From Lingula anatina (taxonomy: Eukaryota; Animalia; Brachiopoda), in the NCBI GenBank assembly GCA_051362555.1, contig CM120644.1:13538567-13602566 (forward strand): a stretch of 64,000 nucleotides of DNA, read 5' to 3'. How positions within the stretch are numbered: the stretch's first letter is position 1; the number at the start of each line of letters is the position of its first letter. The position numbers and the translations under genes were made by a program. Under the pieces are notes generated by a model. It was not told the DNA's origin and did no database searches. It saw only the letters and a program-made list of their open reading frames with translations. Below, piece by piece: positions 52,913 through 64,000 of the stretch.

Positions 52913-55434
52913 CGGTCTAAAGTACGGCGTCTTTCATGCAAAGCTTAAAACATGAATAAAAGCAATTTAAAAAAATAAAACAAAAAAAAAAATAATAATA
53001 ACATAAACGCAGAACCTAATACACTGTGATAAATCACGGACAAGTCGACGTATGTCTGATTATCAAATGATATGATTAAAGTGCGGGCAATGACTGATAA
53101 GTAAACCATTGAACCAAGTGACCGCCATGCCACCGTCCTGGGTCCTACTTTATCAGTTCAAGTATAGCGTCACAGCGGTGGCACGTGTCACTATTCCATG
53201 CACAAGCTACCGTGTGCAAATGGGGGGAGGGGGGGGGTCACCCTGTTTTGTGATAAGAAAATTCATAAGGTAACATGCCTTGTTCTTAAATTAAGCATAA
53301 TTTGAAATTGTTCAATGTCAGTGCAATACATTTGTAAGATGATAACATTAAAAGCAAAAAATGAAAACAAAAACAAAAACAAACAAACAAACAGCAAGCT
53401 ACCTCGTTGATTGCTCATTTTCGACCCTAACATTATAATATTTACTCATGTTCCGTGTCAAACTCGTATATTCCTTGAGATAATTTAATTCAATTGCATC
53501 TTTTGCTGTTTGTTTTCTTAGGCGTGGCCCTTGTGTTTCACTACTGCTATCAAATCACATTCTTCGGCGCCTGCATGGCTTGGATAGGCCGGAGGGAGAA
53601 AGCCAACAGACACTGTATAACTTTATGCAAAGTTATACCCGAGGCTGATGCAGGTAAATATGCTCTATTTTTTAATCGTGGTGGTACACACCCTCTGGTG
53701 CTTCAAATATCAGTTTCAAAAAGCGATAAAACACATGTCCATTATTTACTTGTGGCTTCTTTCATTGTCCTAAGTTTTCTTTCTAATTTTTCTAAGCATT
53801 TGTTATTAGAGCCTAAAGCATGAGGGAAAGTTGTAAAGATGGATATCTTGTACCTTTCATAATCGTTCTTGCTTTTTTACTTTCTAGATCACAAATCCAA
53901 AGCATACCGTATATTCTGCGCCGGTGGTACCCCGGAATCCGTTGAGATCAAAAAGAAAAAGGAACTGAACAAACACCATATTATGATTTTCTTTCGGGAT
54001 TGCGCCGGACCTTTCCTCTCAAAACGTCCAGTAAAGTTTGTCGTGATTGGGATTTACTTGGCCTATTTAGCCGTTGCCCTGTTTGGCTGCACACGTGTGC
54101 GCGAGGGTATCGAATTACGTAACATGCCCGCAGACGACAGTTACGCCGTTACATTCTACGAACTAGAGACCGAATATTTCAAGAAATTTGGACCAAAAGT
54201 TGCCGTCGTGTTCGACCAAAAACTGAACTATCTCAACTCTTCTGATCAGGAACTTATTCAAGGAGTTTTGGAAGAATTTGAAAATGATACGGACTTTTTC
54301 TACAAACAGGAATTCGAATGCTGGCTGACGGATTTCTTGCTATTCGCCAACGAAAGTAACATAGAGTTGACCGAATCGAACTTCATTCCCACTCTGGAGA
54401 ACGCTTTTCTAAAAATGCCTGGAAAGGAAAAATACAAATCTGACATCGTTTACAATGAAAACAGGACAGAAATCATTGCCTCTCGCTGTTTCGTGCAGTC
54501 AACGAACACCAACGACACAGTGCGCGAGAAGGACATGATGATGCACTCTCGCGCCATCGCGGACAACTCAGAGCTCAATGTCACCGTCTACCACCCTGCC
54601 TTTGTCTACTACGACCAGTACGTCACGATTCTCCCTAACATGCTACAGAACGTTGGAATCGCTTGGGGTTCCATGATGCTGGTCGCCTTGTTTCTCATTC
54701 CGGACCCGGTCTGCTCCATGTGGGTGGCCCTCTCCGTCGCCTCCATCGAGGTCGGTGTCATTGGCTACATGACGCTTTGGGGAGTTAACCTCGACTACAT
54801 GTCTATGATCTACGTTATCATTTGTATCGGGTTTTCAGTGGACTTCTCAGCACATATTGCCTACGCGTACGTCACTGCAAAGGGCAAGGCTAAGAAGAGA
54901 ATCAGAAAAGCCCTCTACGTATTGGGCCTCCCAATTCTTCAAGGTGCCCTGTCCACGATATTGGGCGTCTTGGTGTTGAGCCAATCTTCTGCGTACATGT
55001 TCAGAACCTTCTTTAAAATCATCTTCATGGTGATCCTATTTGGTGCTTTCCACGGGCTTGTAATTATCCCTGTGGTGCTTTCTCTTTGCATGAGAGGGAA
55101 ACCAAAGAAACCCGAAAGCACGACGTATAAGCAACATGACTGCACTGAAGAACAGTGGAGTGAACTTTTAGAAAGGCAAAAACAGAACGGCGGTGCTGGG
55201 GATATCACATTGACCAATCTACCTCCTCCCAGCCAGCCATTTCTCACTCGAAAATCCTCTACTTGCCCCGGTGACTTGAACATGGCGTTCAACAATAATT
55301 CCATAAGATCTGCAAATCAGCCACAAACAAAAAAGTTATTCATCGGAGGGGCGGGCGCATGCGTACAAGTGGATTGGGACGAGGAATCTGGATATTCAAC
55401 GTCGACACTCGGAAGCAGTGGAACTGACCAATGA
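44842..55434 (+). CDS. Patched domain-containing protein 3-like (sterol-sensing domain, RND family), about 970 aa, 5 coding exons
   Basis: Exons 44842-44991, 46988-47870, 50817-51017, 53522-53653 and 53888-55434 splice in frame. Motifs: SDWVRSKPWLG, PFLILGIGVDNMF, AGVSITITAITD, YQITFFGAC, IGFSVDFSAHI, FGAFHGL. A probable non-coding exon ends at the AG|GTAGGC donor at about 43740. Confidence 0.92.
48082..48332. mobile_element. Palindromic MITE, CATTCCCA/GATCGATC family
   Basis: ttcccatgactagatcgatcc...ctccctggggag pairs with ctccccagggagatagatcgatcc...tgggaatggtccc followed by TAA. Homologous to 8815-9025. Confidence 0.65.
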
Positions 55435-56420
55435 CAGACGGACTTAGGATTGCTGCAATTTTGTTGCGGCAAATGAAAGTCAATGATAGGTTTGCTGCAG
55501 AAATGAGGCTAAAGAAAGTGTTCGTAAAACAAACGGCATTCAAATGGCCATCAATAAGCCAACATTTCAAGATTATAAAAATGTCGGTAAATTGGAGGAA
55601 AATGAAAGCTAAAGTGCCGTTTGTACATAAGTGAGAAAAAAAAGAGCAAATGCTATTGTAGGATCTCCGCGCCTGTGCATAAATTTGGCGTCGGCGGGCT
55701 TAATACAGATTGGTCGTTTTTACAATGCGAGTTTTTAAACTAAGCTATGTATTACGGAGATATAAGGATATTTTTTTATCTTTCAAGTTTGCAAGATTTC
55801 TTTAACTCCTGCCAAGAACATCCGGGTAACCGTATTTTCACGTTAAAAAGATTTAATGATGCACATACTGTAAGTCTTAACGATTATTTAAGTGTCCAGT
55901 AACGCAAAGCGTCAAAAGGCATCGTGGGGAAAAAAGCAAAACAATGCAATTTTAATGTGTGTTTATTTATATTTATTATAGAATTATTCTTATTATATGT
56001 TTTAGATAAGACTTAACCATGTCTCAAATTTTCAACAAACATGTAGTCTTTAATCAGTAGTAGTAGTAGATTTTTCTGAAAATGAAGAGTGCCAAATTAC
56101 TTGTACTTCAGTCCCTGTTGAAAACTTTTTCTGAACAGATTCAGGTGTAGTTTTATCTTCCTCATACTGATACGAGATATCTTTGTTTTGATTGAAACTT
56201 TTGAAAAAGAGTTAATAACCGGAAAGTCTAAGCACTTTGAGATGTAGGCCCTATATGAAGTATGAAACTTACAAATATCCTTCAATATTATTCTAATTTC
56301 ATTTTCACCTTGGTTGATGCTGGGGAATCAAATTAAGAAAAGTGAAATAAAAATTCATAACAAGTGAACTTTTAAGAAAACGAACACTTAATGCTGTATT
56401 CAGTTAAGATAAATGTCGAA

Positions 56421-57392
56421 TTTAAAATATTCACATATAAGGAAGAATAAAAACTCATGAAATGATGGAAATTAGTTGTTATTGAATAACAATTACACGG
56501 TCAAATTTGTGAAAAGAGAAACTCAGTAGCGAGGATAAAGATATAAGAAGAAGGACATAAGCCTTATTGGAATGATAAAATAAAAATAATCAAAAAACAT
56601 CTTTCCCAATACCGATTTTTAAAGTTAATAGAAAAGAAGCATAATAGACTACGCGGATTTTATGAAAATAACAAGCAATTAGTTGCTTTACTATACCGGA
56701 CTTTTATGCAAAAGGTCATTTGCCGTGACCCACGAGAGCCTGTACAAGTACAAGAGGACTTATTTGAGAAGCCAACACGGACCGTTCCTACATAGATTCC
56801 TTTTTTACGATGATTTTCTTTGTTTTATGCTAAGATTTACTTTGGCTTCAACAATGACGACAAAGAGCACAATGGGACGGTTTTAGTTGTAGCAACCCCG
56901 CTATATTCCGTCCTATTCTGCGCACGCGGTGAAATTCTACATTTTCAGTATTAAATTCTTCCCTCGTAAAATCTCTCAGTACCCATTTGAAGTCCTCGCC
57001 CCCTTTTTCTTCTATCCCTTGGAAAATGATATTGTCCCTCTTTGACCTCGCTTGTAAATCAAAGTGCCGGCTATACTGGTTTTTCATCCGATCCCTTTTC
57101 AGGTGACGATTCTCCTTTTCAGTTTCCTTAAACTTGCGCTTTATTTCCCCCATTCTTTCGTCATATTCTTCACGTTTGCAACTTGAAAATTTCACGCTTT
57201 TGTCCATTTCATTGACAGTTTCAGCAACATTTCAGCTTGTTAAGTATTTGATACTAAAGGCGCCCAAAGTATATGTATCTTTTCAGTTTCGCAGCTAAAA
57301 TCACACACTTATGATTGAAAAAGGTTTTAAAATATTCACATATAAGGAAGAATAAAAACTCATGAAATGATGGAAATTAGTTGTTATTGAAT
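56421..57392. repeat. 67-bp perfect direct repeat (56421-56487 and 57326-57392)
   Basis: tttaaaatattcacatataaggaagaataaaaactcatgaaatgatggaaattagttgttattgaat occurs twice, 905 bp apart. Confidence 0.9.
56848..57207 (-). pseudogene. Degenerate LINE ORF1-like fragment (coiled coil plus RRM, L1/Transposase_22-type)
   Basis: DLQARSKRDNIIFQGIEE..ED...RDF....VEFHRVRRIG, then NRPIV after a frameshift, matches the SRRxNLIFxGIxE...HRIG...RPIV pattern recalled for non-LTR ORF1 proteins. Confidence 0.65.
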
Positions 57393-57553
57393 TGAACTGA
57401 ACTTCGATTAACCTCGGCCAATTCCAGCGCCAGTTTCACCGAAACTCTCTCATGATGTTGTGAGTGTCATCTCAAATTACGTCTTGTCTCTCAAGACAGC
57501 AGATGGTTAAAGTACTGGATATTATATTATCTCTTCTTCATTTTACACGTATT

Positions 57554-60500
57554 TCAAGGTACAGTTGTGTTAGCTCTCCGCAACGTCAATAATCCTGTAA
57601 TGATGTCACTTGGCAACATTTTCACACGAGCGTACTCATCTGCATTGGCATACCTTAACTTGGTATGTGGATCTCTGTAGTTAGCCTGTTAAAAATAAAT
57701 AAATAAATTAATTAATTAATTAATTAATAAATAAACACTTTACCTATATAGTTTCATTTATTGCCTAGTGATTCAGGAACCAATTTCAACAAAATCTGCT
57801 CCATACCTTTATAATTGGAGAACATCTATAATTATATACATTCTAGCATTATTTTACAATTTTTAGCTAAGATATAATGGATAATATCTTTAAGCTGTAC
57901 TTACCATCAACCCTGACAGATCTGAATATTTCTTAACTGGCTTAAAGGTAGGTGGGGCATCTATTGATCCATCTGATATTAAAAAAAAAATAATAATAAT
58001 AACAACAAATTACATTGACAGAAAAACAACTCTGAAAAAACAGAATGATAAATTTATCTTAGAAGATTTCAAGCGATGGCTTTAAGGTAGGTGGAGCATC
58101 TATTGATCCATCTGATATTAACAAAAATAATAAATAAATAAATACATAAAAATAACAAATTACACTGACAGAAAAACAAATCTTAAAAAAAAAAAAAACA
58201 AAAGATAAATTAATCTTAGAAGATTTCACACGATTTACCTGTTTTAAAATCTCATCAGCTGTGTTTAACACTGACACTCGAGAAAGTGAACTTCAAAATC
58301 ATCTCAATTTTAAGTCCATGTATTACTCTTTGCAACATGATAAGATATGTCAAGATTGGGTTTAATATGGATATCTAAAATGAATGGTAAATTGGCAAAA
58401 AAAAAAAAAAAATCAAACTCACAAGTGGGGTCATCTGGTTTCCATTGTAACAGTTTCTCGGCAGCTACAATTTGTTTGAGATTTTTCCAAGTTCTACCTT
58501 TTTTACTAGCTGCTGCTTCCTGCCTGGCTTGCTGCAAAGTAAAAGTGGAAAACACCTGTAGAATTATGCATTATTATATTTTAATTGTATCTTTAAAATA
58601 AATTAAGTAATATATTTATTTATTCCAGGTAATGCAAACAAGCTATGAAATGCTACTTTTACCTTCTTTATATACCAGATGTTAGATCTTTTAATACTGT
58701 CAGACAAACATAAAATACTGTATTTCGTAGTTTTCATAAATAAAACAAAACAAAATACACCCCAAAATCAAACAAATACATAAAATGCACATCTTAAGAG
58801 TACACAAGAGAAAAGTATTAAGATATTTAACAGAAATACTTCACTCAAGTCTATTACGCACTACAAAGTTAGGATCCTTAAAAACTGGGATCTTCTCAGT
58901 GCTGACATCTGGTGGGACTGTGAGAGGGCTAGGTCCTGGAGCTGGCGTGCTACATGCTGATGGAGAAGATGAGTTGGGGTTGGTGGGGATGGGCGTGGCT
59001 GGTGCTGTGGGAACTTCGGACTCCTCTGGGGTCTCCTCTGTTGCTGTGGAGGCAGGCTGAAATATATATGTCATCGGTATCTGTTACATGTTACTATGAG
59101 GAACCATTCCCATAACCCTATCGTACTAGCAGGATCGATCTATCTCTGAGGGGAGTTAGATCTATCCTGCTTGTATGATAGATTTATGTGAACCCTGTCT
59201 AAGATATTTATTGTGTTCAAAAAGATTATCAATCAGTGAGTTGCCCAGTTCAGGAAATTAACATATTTATAGGATTGTTTTAATTTTTTTAATCATTTTC
59301 TGATCAAGTAACATTAAACATGTTCAGTAGTTTTAATATTCTGCTTAACCCGTGTCTGGTTTCAAGAATAAGGCCACATTCAGAATCGTGGATTGACTAA
59401 TCCACGGGTCAAATATGGTGACTCACTAAAAAGTTTGTCGTCTCATCAGCTAATAGACACAATAGATTTCCCGTGGGGAAGTATTCAAGTGGGTCAGCCA
59501 TATTTGACCCTCTGAGTAGTTACTAGTAGTCCACTGTTTTGAAAGCAGCCAAAGATTTCAATGAAGAGTTAAAAGCCCCACGATTTTCTATTCTTAAAAA
59601 GCTTTCCAACTAATATGCACTTAATAAAAGTTTGACGGTGACATGAAGAAACAAGATTGATTCATAACATTAACAATGATGAACAATAGATATGCCAATA
59701 CTGTAATCTTCGTGTGTCTGTGCACATGTGAAAATCAAGTAATCACATTATTTGAAAGAAATGCATCTCAAGTCTTACAACAGTTAACATTGGCATCCAC
59801 TTTGCCATTTCTCCAAAAAATAAAATGATGTAGCATACACTTTTCACCTATTTTGTGTAAAAGTGTGTAAATGTCATGTATTCAGAAATGAAACTGAACT
59901 GAATGGTAGTATTTATTCATCAGTATTTATTCATCACATTATTAAAAAAAAAAAATAATAAAGAAATAGCAGACATTTTTTCAATTATGTTTTGCATGCA
60001 TGGTCTTATGACTTTGCCATTTTTTTCAGTCATAGGAAACTGCAGAAGGGCATAAATTTGTAAGGCAACAACAGATTTTCAAAATCTTGTCAATGTTAGG
60101 CTCACTCTCTCCACTTCTCACTTTCAAATACTCTGCAGGAATATTGTCAAATATTTTGAATTTGCTACAAATAAGTCCAATGAGACGCCCTGTGCGAATC
60201 TTCAAACCAGCAATTTTACGCTTCTTTTTCACATCCAGAGGGCATAACTGTATTTTTCCCGATGTAGTACCTGCCAATTCTGCTTGGTACAAATTAAAAG
60301 ATTCGGCTGTATCAGTAGAAAACCTCTTGTCGATCATAACAAAGTCGCCTGGTTGGAAATTATCGAGCATTCCCGATTCTTCAGCAATTTGTCTATCTGA
60401 GGTTTCAAAGTTACAACTCTCAGAAACGCAAGTAACTGTGCCTTGGGGCGATATCCCTATCAGGTACTTTACTGTATCTGGACATGTGTTACTTGAAAAG

Positions 60501-62517
60501 CCACACACCTTGCTTATATGGGCATTAGGTTTCTCCACACTGAGCTCAAAGCTATCAAAAACAAAGAGAACCTTATCCCCAAAGTCTTCTTTGAAAGTCG
60601 CTGGCATTGAAGCTGTCAGTGTTTCCCTATCTGGCCACTTCACTATGAAACTCAGCCTTTGGTGAAGGAGATTGAGAGTGGAATAGAAATGTCTGTATAC
60701 TGTAACATGTGACACGTCTAACTGATATGCAATGTCTTGGATGGTGTAATTCATTTTTAGTTTTATTAGGCATAACATGAATTGGGCTTCCTTTGTCAGA
60801 CTTCTTGTTTCAGTCATGTACGCTTCTACATAGTCAAAAACAAGTTTCAAGGTTTCGAAACTAGGCAAGCCTGTGTAAAAAGAAATTTTATCAGGATTGT
60901 TCTCGTATGCCTCAAAACTGTATAAACCATGCCGTCCGAAAGGTGGTTTGCTGCCTGCTTCTGCCACTCTAGCTCTGTTATCATTTTCAATATTCTCAAT
61001 GTCTTTTGCGGTTAATTCAGTCTGCGTCTCTTTGGTATTACTTGTACAATTGTGTACTTCTAAATTTGCACCTTGCGGTTCCACTTTAACTTCAACTTCT
61101 GCAATAAGTGAGGGATCTAAACTATTAATGCCATTGATGTGGCTGTTCTCTGCAAGTGTTCCAGATTTCGAAGCAAGTCTAGGTTTCTTTGGGCTTGACA
61201 GTGATGGAGCTGCATCTGATAATTTCTTCCTTTCCTTGCGCTGAACGGCACGCTCGTATCGTCTCATGGCAGATTCTGGGACAGTACATGCTGTGTAGCC
61301 CAGGTTAAGTGTTGGTAGCCAGGAAGGATTTAATCTATCGTGCAGATATGCTTTTTCTCCTGAAAAGAGCAGAGTAATGTTTTCTTAAATCAAATGGAAT
61401 GAAGACCATTAAGGTTAATGAAGGGAACAATTAACTTTGCTTCAGCAGATCTTAGTATTTTCATTGATTAATGGTGAGATAATATGCATTCTGTATTGCA
61501 CTAGTCTCAAGAAGATCAAAGTGGGTAATAAATAGTTATGACAAAGAGCAACATAATAATTGTACTTTGCAAACGTACCAAACAAAGTTAAAGATTATAT
61601 CATGATACTAGTACACTTACCATCTACAAAGTGTTTAGCGCAAAGCGTGGTTCGATCCCACTTCTCCTCCGATCTGATGTCCTTCCTATTTACTGCCGCC
61701 TTCCATAACCGCCGCCTCTCTTCCGATAGTCTCCGTGTCTCTTCCCCTTGGTTTTTGATAATTCTGGGGATTTTGTAAAATCGAAGACCTTTTTCTTTAT
61801 TACTGTTACTTGGACAACCAACGATACCACATATTCGCATGATTCTTTGCTAGGATTTAGTGCGGTAAAACGCTGTAACCCCTCTGCTTATCTAAAGTTT
61901 TTGCAGTTGCACGCTTCAGTACAGCGTTTTCTCATTGCCTTGCTAAACAAGATGGCGGGTACCGGAAGTGAACTAATTTTGATACTTCCGTGAAAACAAA
62001 GGTGTAGTAACTGCTAATTTATAACAAAAGCACGCCGTACAATAAAAAAAAAATTTTAGAACAAATAATATCATTATGATTATATACAATCCAATATCTC
62101 GGAGTCTTTCTTGTAACCTTCGGGTAAGGGGGAGGGGAGGGGGTTTAGTAGCATCTTCAGATGTGCCGATAACCCCCTCGATCTGTCTTCATATTTCCTT
62201 CCTACATCCAAATTTCGAGGTGAGAAACCACCATATCAAAAGATTCAGTGAGTTTTTCACACGGCCAGTTAAATCCTTATCTAAGAAAATCAGGGACGTC
62301 TGGATTTTTGACAGAAGATTTAACGTGTTCAACATTTCAAAGCTATGCATCTCACTCAAAACAGCAATGAAACTATGTTAAAGTGGCTGGGTAGAGTAAA
62401 AGATGTCCCTAGACCTACCGTTCCTGGTCGTTTCTTTCTCGTGCTTGGGGTTGATGACCCAGGGCTGACAGAACGTTTGGTGCTTGCAGCGCGTCGCGGT
62501 CTTGTAGAAGTTGCCAT
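57554..62517 (-). CDS. INO80C: INO80 complex subunit C (IES6 homolog), 5 exons, 200 aa
   Basis: Exons 62517-62419, 59056-58862, 58531-58423, 57972-57905 and 57685-57554 splice in frame. Motifs: FKDPNFV, KKGRTWKNLKQI, YGSIDAPPTFKPVKKYSDLSG, ANYRDPHTKLRY, LPSDIITGLLTLRRANTTVP* (YL1_C domain). Confidence 0.93.
57939..58228 (-). repeat. Tandem duplication of the INO80C exon-4 acceptor and the first half of exon 4
   Basis: 57939-58071 matches 58078-58228. Both copies contain atatcag|ATGGATCAATAGATGC. Confidence 0.9.
59100..59195. mobile_element. Short palindromic MITE, CATTCCCA/GATCGATC family
   Basis: ccattcccataaccctatcgtactagcaggatcgatcta pairs with tagatctatcctgcttgtatgatagatttatg. Confidence 0.55.
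59372..59550. mobile_element. Palindromic MITE with GGC termini and TAA left flank (Harbinger-like)
   Basis: ggccacattcagaatcgtgga...gggtcaaatatggtgactcact pairs with agtgggtcagccatatttgaccc...tccactgttttgaaagcagcc. Confidence 0.6.
60026..61840 (-). CDS. THAP zinc finger + HTH + DDE_Tnp_4-type (PIF/Harbinger-ISL2EU) transposase-derived protein, 517 aa, 2 exons, nested in INO80C intron 1
   Basis: Exon 61840-61621 (CGIVGC...FYKIP...LWKAA...CAKHF, donor G|GTAAGT) joins exon 61359-60026 (acceptor TTTTCAG; WLPTLNLGY, SFYTGLPSF, QFMLCLIKLKMN..QDIAYQLDVS..TV, KWP, MP..F, FDSFE, TVKYLIGISPQG, PGDFVMIDKRF, KIRTGRLIG). No stops or frameshifts. Confidence 0.9.
61949..61992. promoter_or_regulatory. Housekeeping-type promoter motifs (YY1 plus two ETS sites) about 110 bp upstream of the THAP-transposase ATG
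   Basis: AAGATGGCGG at 61949-61958, ACCGGAAGTG at 61961-61970 and ACTTCCG at 61984-61990. Confidence 0.6.
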
Positions 62518-62653
62518 ATTGTAAACAACAACGATTGCGATAGAGAAGACAACGCAACGCAATGAATGTGTAAAAAAAAGTAAGAAATTTTATGAATGAA
62601 ATATGGCTGAAACGTGTGTCTTGTTATAAAACCATGAAAGGAAAAAAGAAACC

Positions 62654-62945
62654 CAGGGGCGGATCCAGGATTATTATTAATATTATTATTATTATTATTT
62701 TTATTTATTTTTTTTTTTTTTGGGGGGGGGGGGTCCGGTTTTTAGGAATGATCGACAGGCCGCGGATGCGAAGCCGACCGATCGCTCCCCCCCCCCCCAA
62801 ATGGGGGGGTTCAGGGCACGCACGTTAAAATGCCCTGAAAATTTGGTGTTTTAGGGGAAGAACGGTGCCATTTGATACGGTTTAGAACTACAGTATGATT
62901 CAGTTAGTAAAAATTCTAATTTCAAGAAGTGATCATTGGTGTGAT
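62654..62945. mobile_element. CAGGGGCGGATCCAG-ended element immediately upstream of INO80C
   Basis: Inverted homolog of 11134-11427. Confidence 0.6.
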
Positions 62946-64000
62946 ATTTTTTCGAAAGGCCTACTATCATTGTCACCAAATCCTTTTTTTAAAGGTAAAA
63001 AAAAAAAAAAAACAGAGAATTGTGTAAAGAGTGGATCTTACTGCAAGTGCTGCTTAACCTGCCACACCCACCATGCATTGGATTTGAAGAAAATAAATAA
63101 TTAAAGTTACCCTTTTACTAACTCGAACATTTTAGAGCAGTTGGTCGTTGCAATTGTATTTGGTGCATTATGTCTGTCTCTTAAACCTCACCAACCTCAC
63201 AAAAATTGTCAGTGTCGCACAAAAGGACGATATTCAGTTGCAGTAAATCTTTATCATGTAAAATAAACAAAGCCACGTGATAAAAGGGTAATATTTCAAC
63301 TCGGAATGCTACTGTAATAACATTGTAACACCTACTGTCATTGGTCGCTTTTCGTGACAGCGGAAGAATATTGTCACCTGCGACCAATCACAGCATGACG
63401 TTTTGACACACTAGGTTATAGATGTCCGTGCTTCGGCAAGGGGCGATGTAAATTGGGTCATGGGGTTTGTTTCGCTATGAAATCACCTTGTAGACACAGT
63501 AAAACGCCCATCGGACGTGTATTACAGGCAATGCAAGCAAATTAGATACACGTTTAACCTCTGAGTTATCACAGGCAGGGAAAAAGATACAGGCGAGCGT
63601 ACTTCTGAGTGTGGTCAAGTCACATTTAACAGGTGGTTGCCTTGAAATGCAGAACTGAACCTACAACAAGCGACTTATTTCCTGGGTACAGCTATGTAAT
63701 CAGCTCGTGCAAGTATGTGATTTGTATTCTACAGCTGGTATACTTCATTGCCTGTCGTCAGATTATAGCCATTCCAGGTAGAACATATACTTTTTTCTGT
63801 CTGTCGGCTGTCACTCATTTGCTTTAAAGCGGTTTTGTGGAGACACTTTCTGTGGACTTGTAAACCAGCAGACTTCACTAGGATTACACGTTTTAAGTTG
63901 TATTCGTTTCCTCAAATCTCTTGATGATTTCAGTGCATAGGACAGTATAAACACTGCACAGATTGTAATACATAGCAAAGAGTTTCTTGTGCCCTTGTTA

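Noticed and set aside
55431-55634. ORF overlapping the PTCHD3-like stop (ATGA), and TGA-C readthrough context
   Set aside because: The ORF has no recognisable features, and readthrough would add only about 13 residues. It is most likely 3' UTR.
60087-61244. Plus-strand ORFs of 192 and 115 aa opposite the transposase gene
   Set aside because: They are antisense shadows of the real CDS, with no YqaJ or Myb/SANT partner motifs.

Overview
AT-rich, intron-containing animal genomic DNA, probably a marine invertebrate; the taxon cannot be fixed from sequence alone. Hand-splicing across GT-AG junctions gives six complete genes and one partial gene. In order: the signal-peptide exon of a secreted-protein gene running off the left edge (-); an 8-exon secreted protein of about 432 aa with EGF-like/Cys-rich, poly-Pro and His/Gln/Pro-repeat regions (-); an AQP11/12-type unorthodox aquaporin (-) head-to-head with DUS3L (+); a PTCHD3-like sterol-sensing-domain protein (+); and INO80C/IES6 (-). 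Intron 1 of INO80C holds an intact, spliced 517-aa THAP + HTH + Harbinger/ISL2EU-type DDE transposase gene that has lost its catalytic Glu and has no visible TIRs. This candidate domesticated transposase is the most interesting item. Mobile DNA includes two families of non-autonomous Helentron-like (HINE/DINE-type) elements, one nested inside a copy of itself and one carrying a 146-bp satellite rich in AGGTCA motifs, plus many palindromic Harbinger-like MITEs. Two local duplications copy splice sites: 7 tandem donors after DUS3L exon 6 and a decoy acceptor before INO80C exon 4. All gene models and family assignments come from manual translation and motif recall, not database searches.
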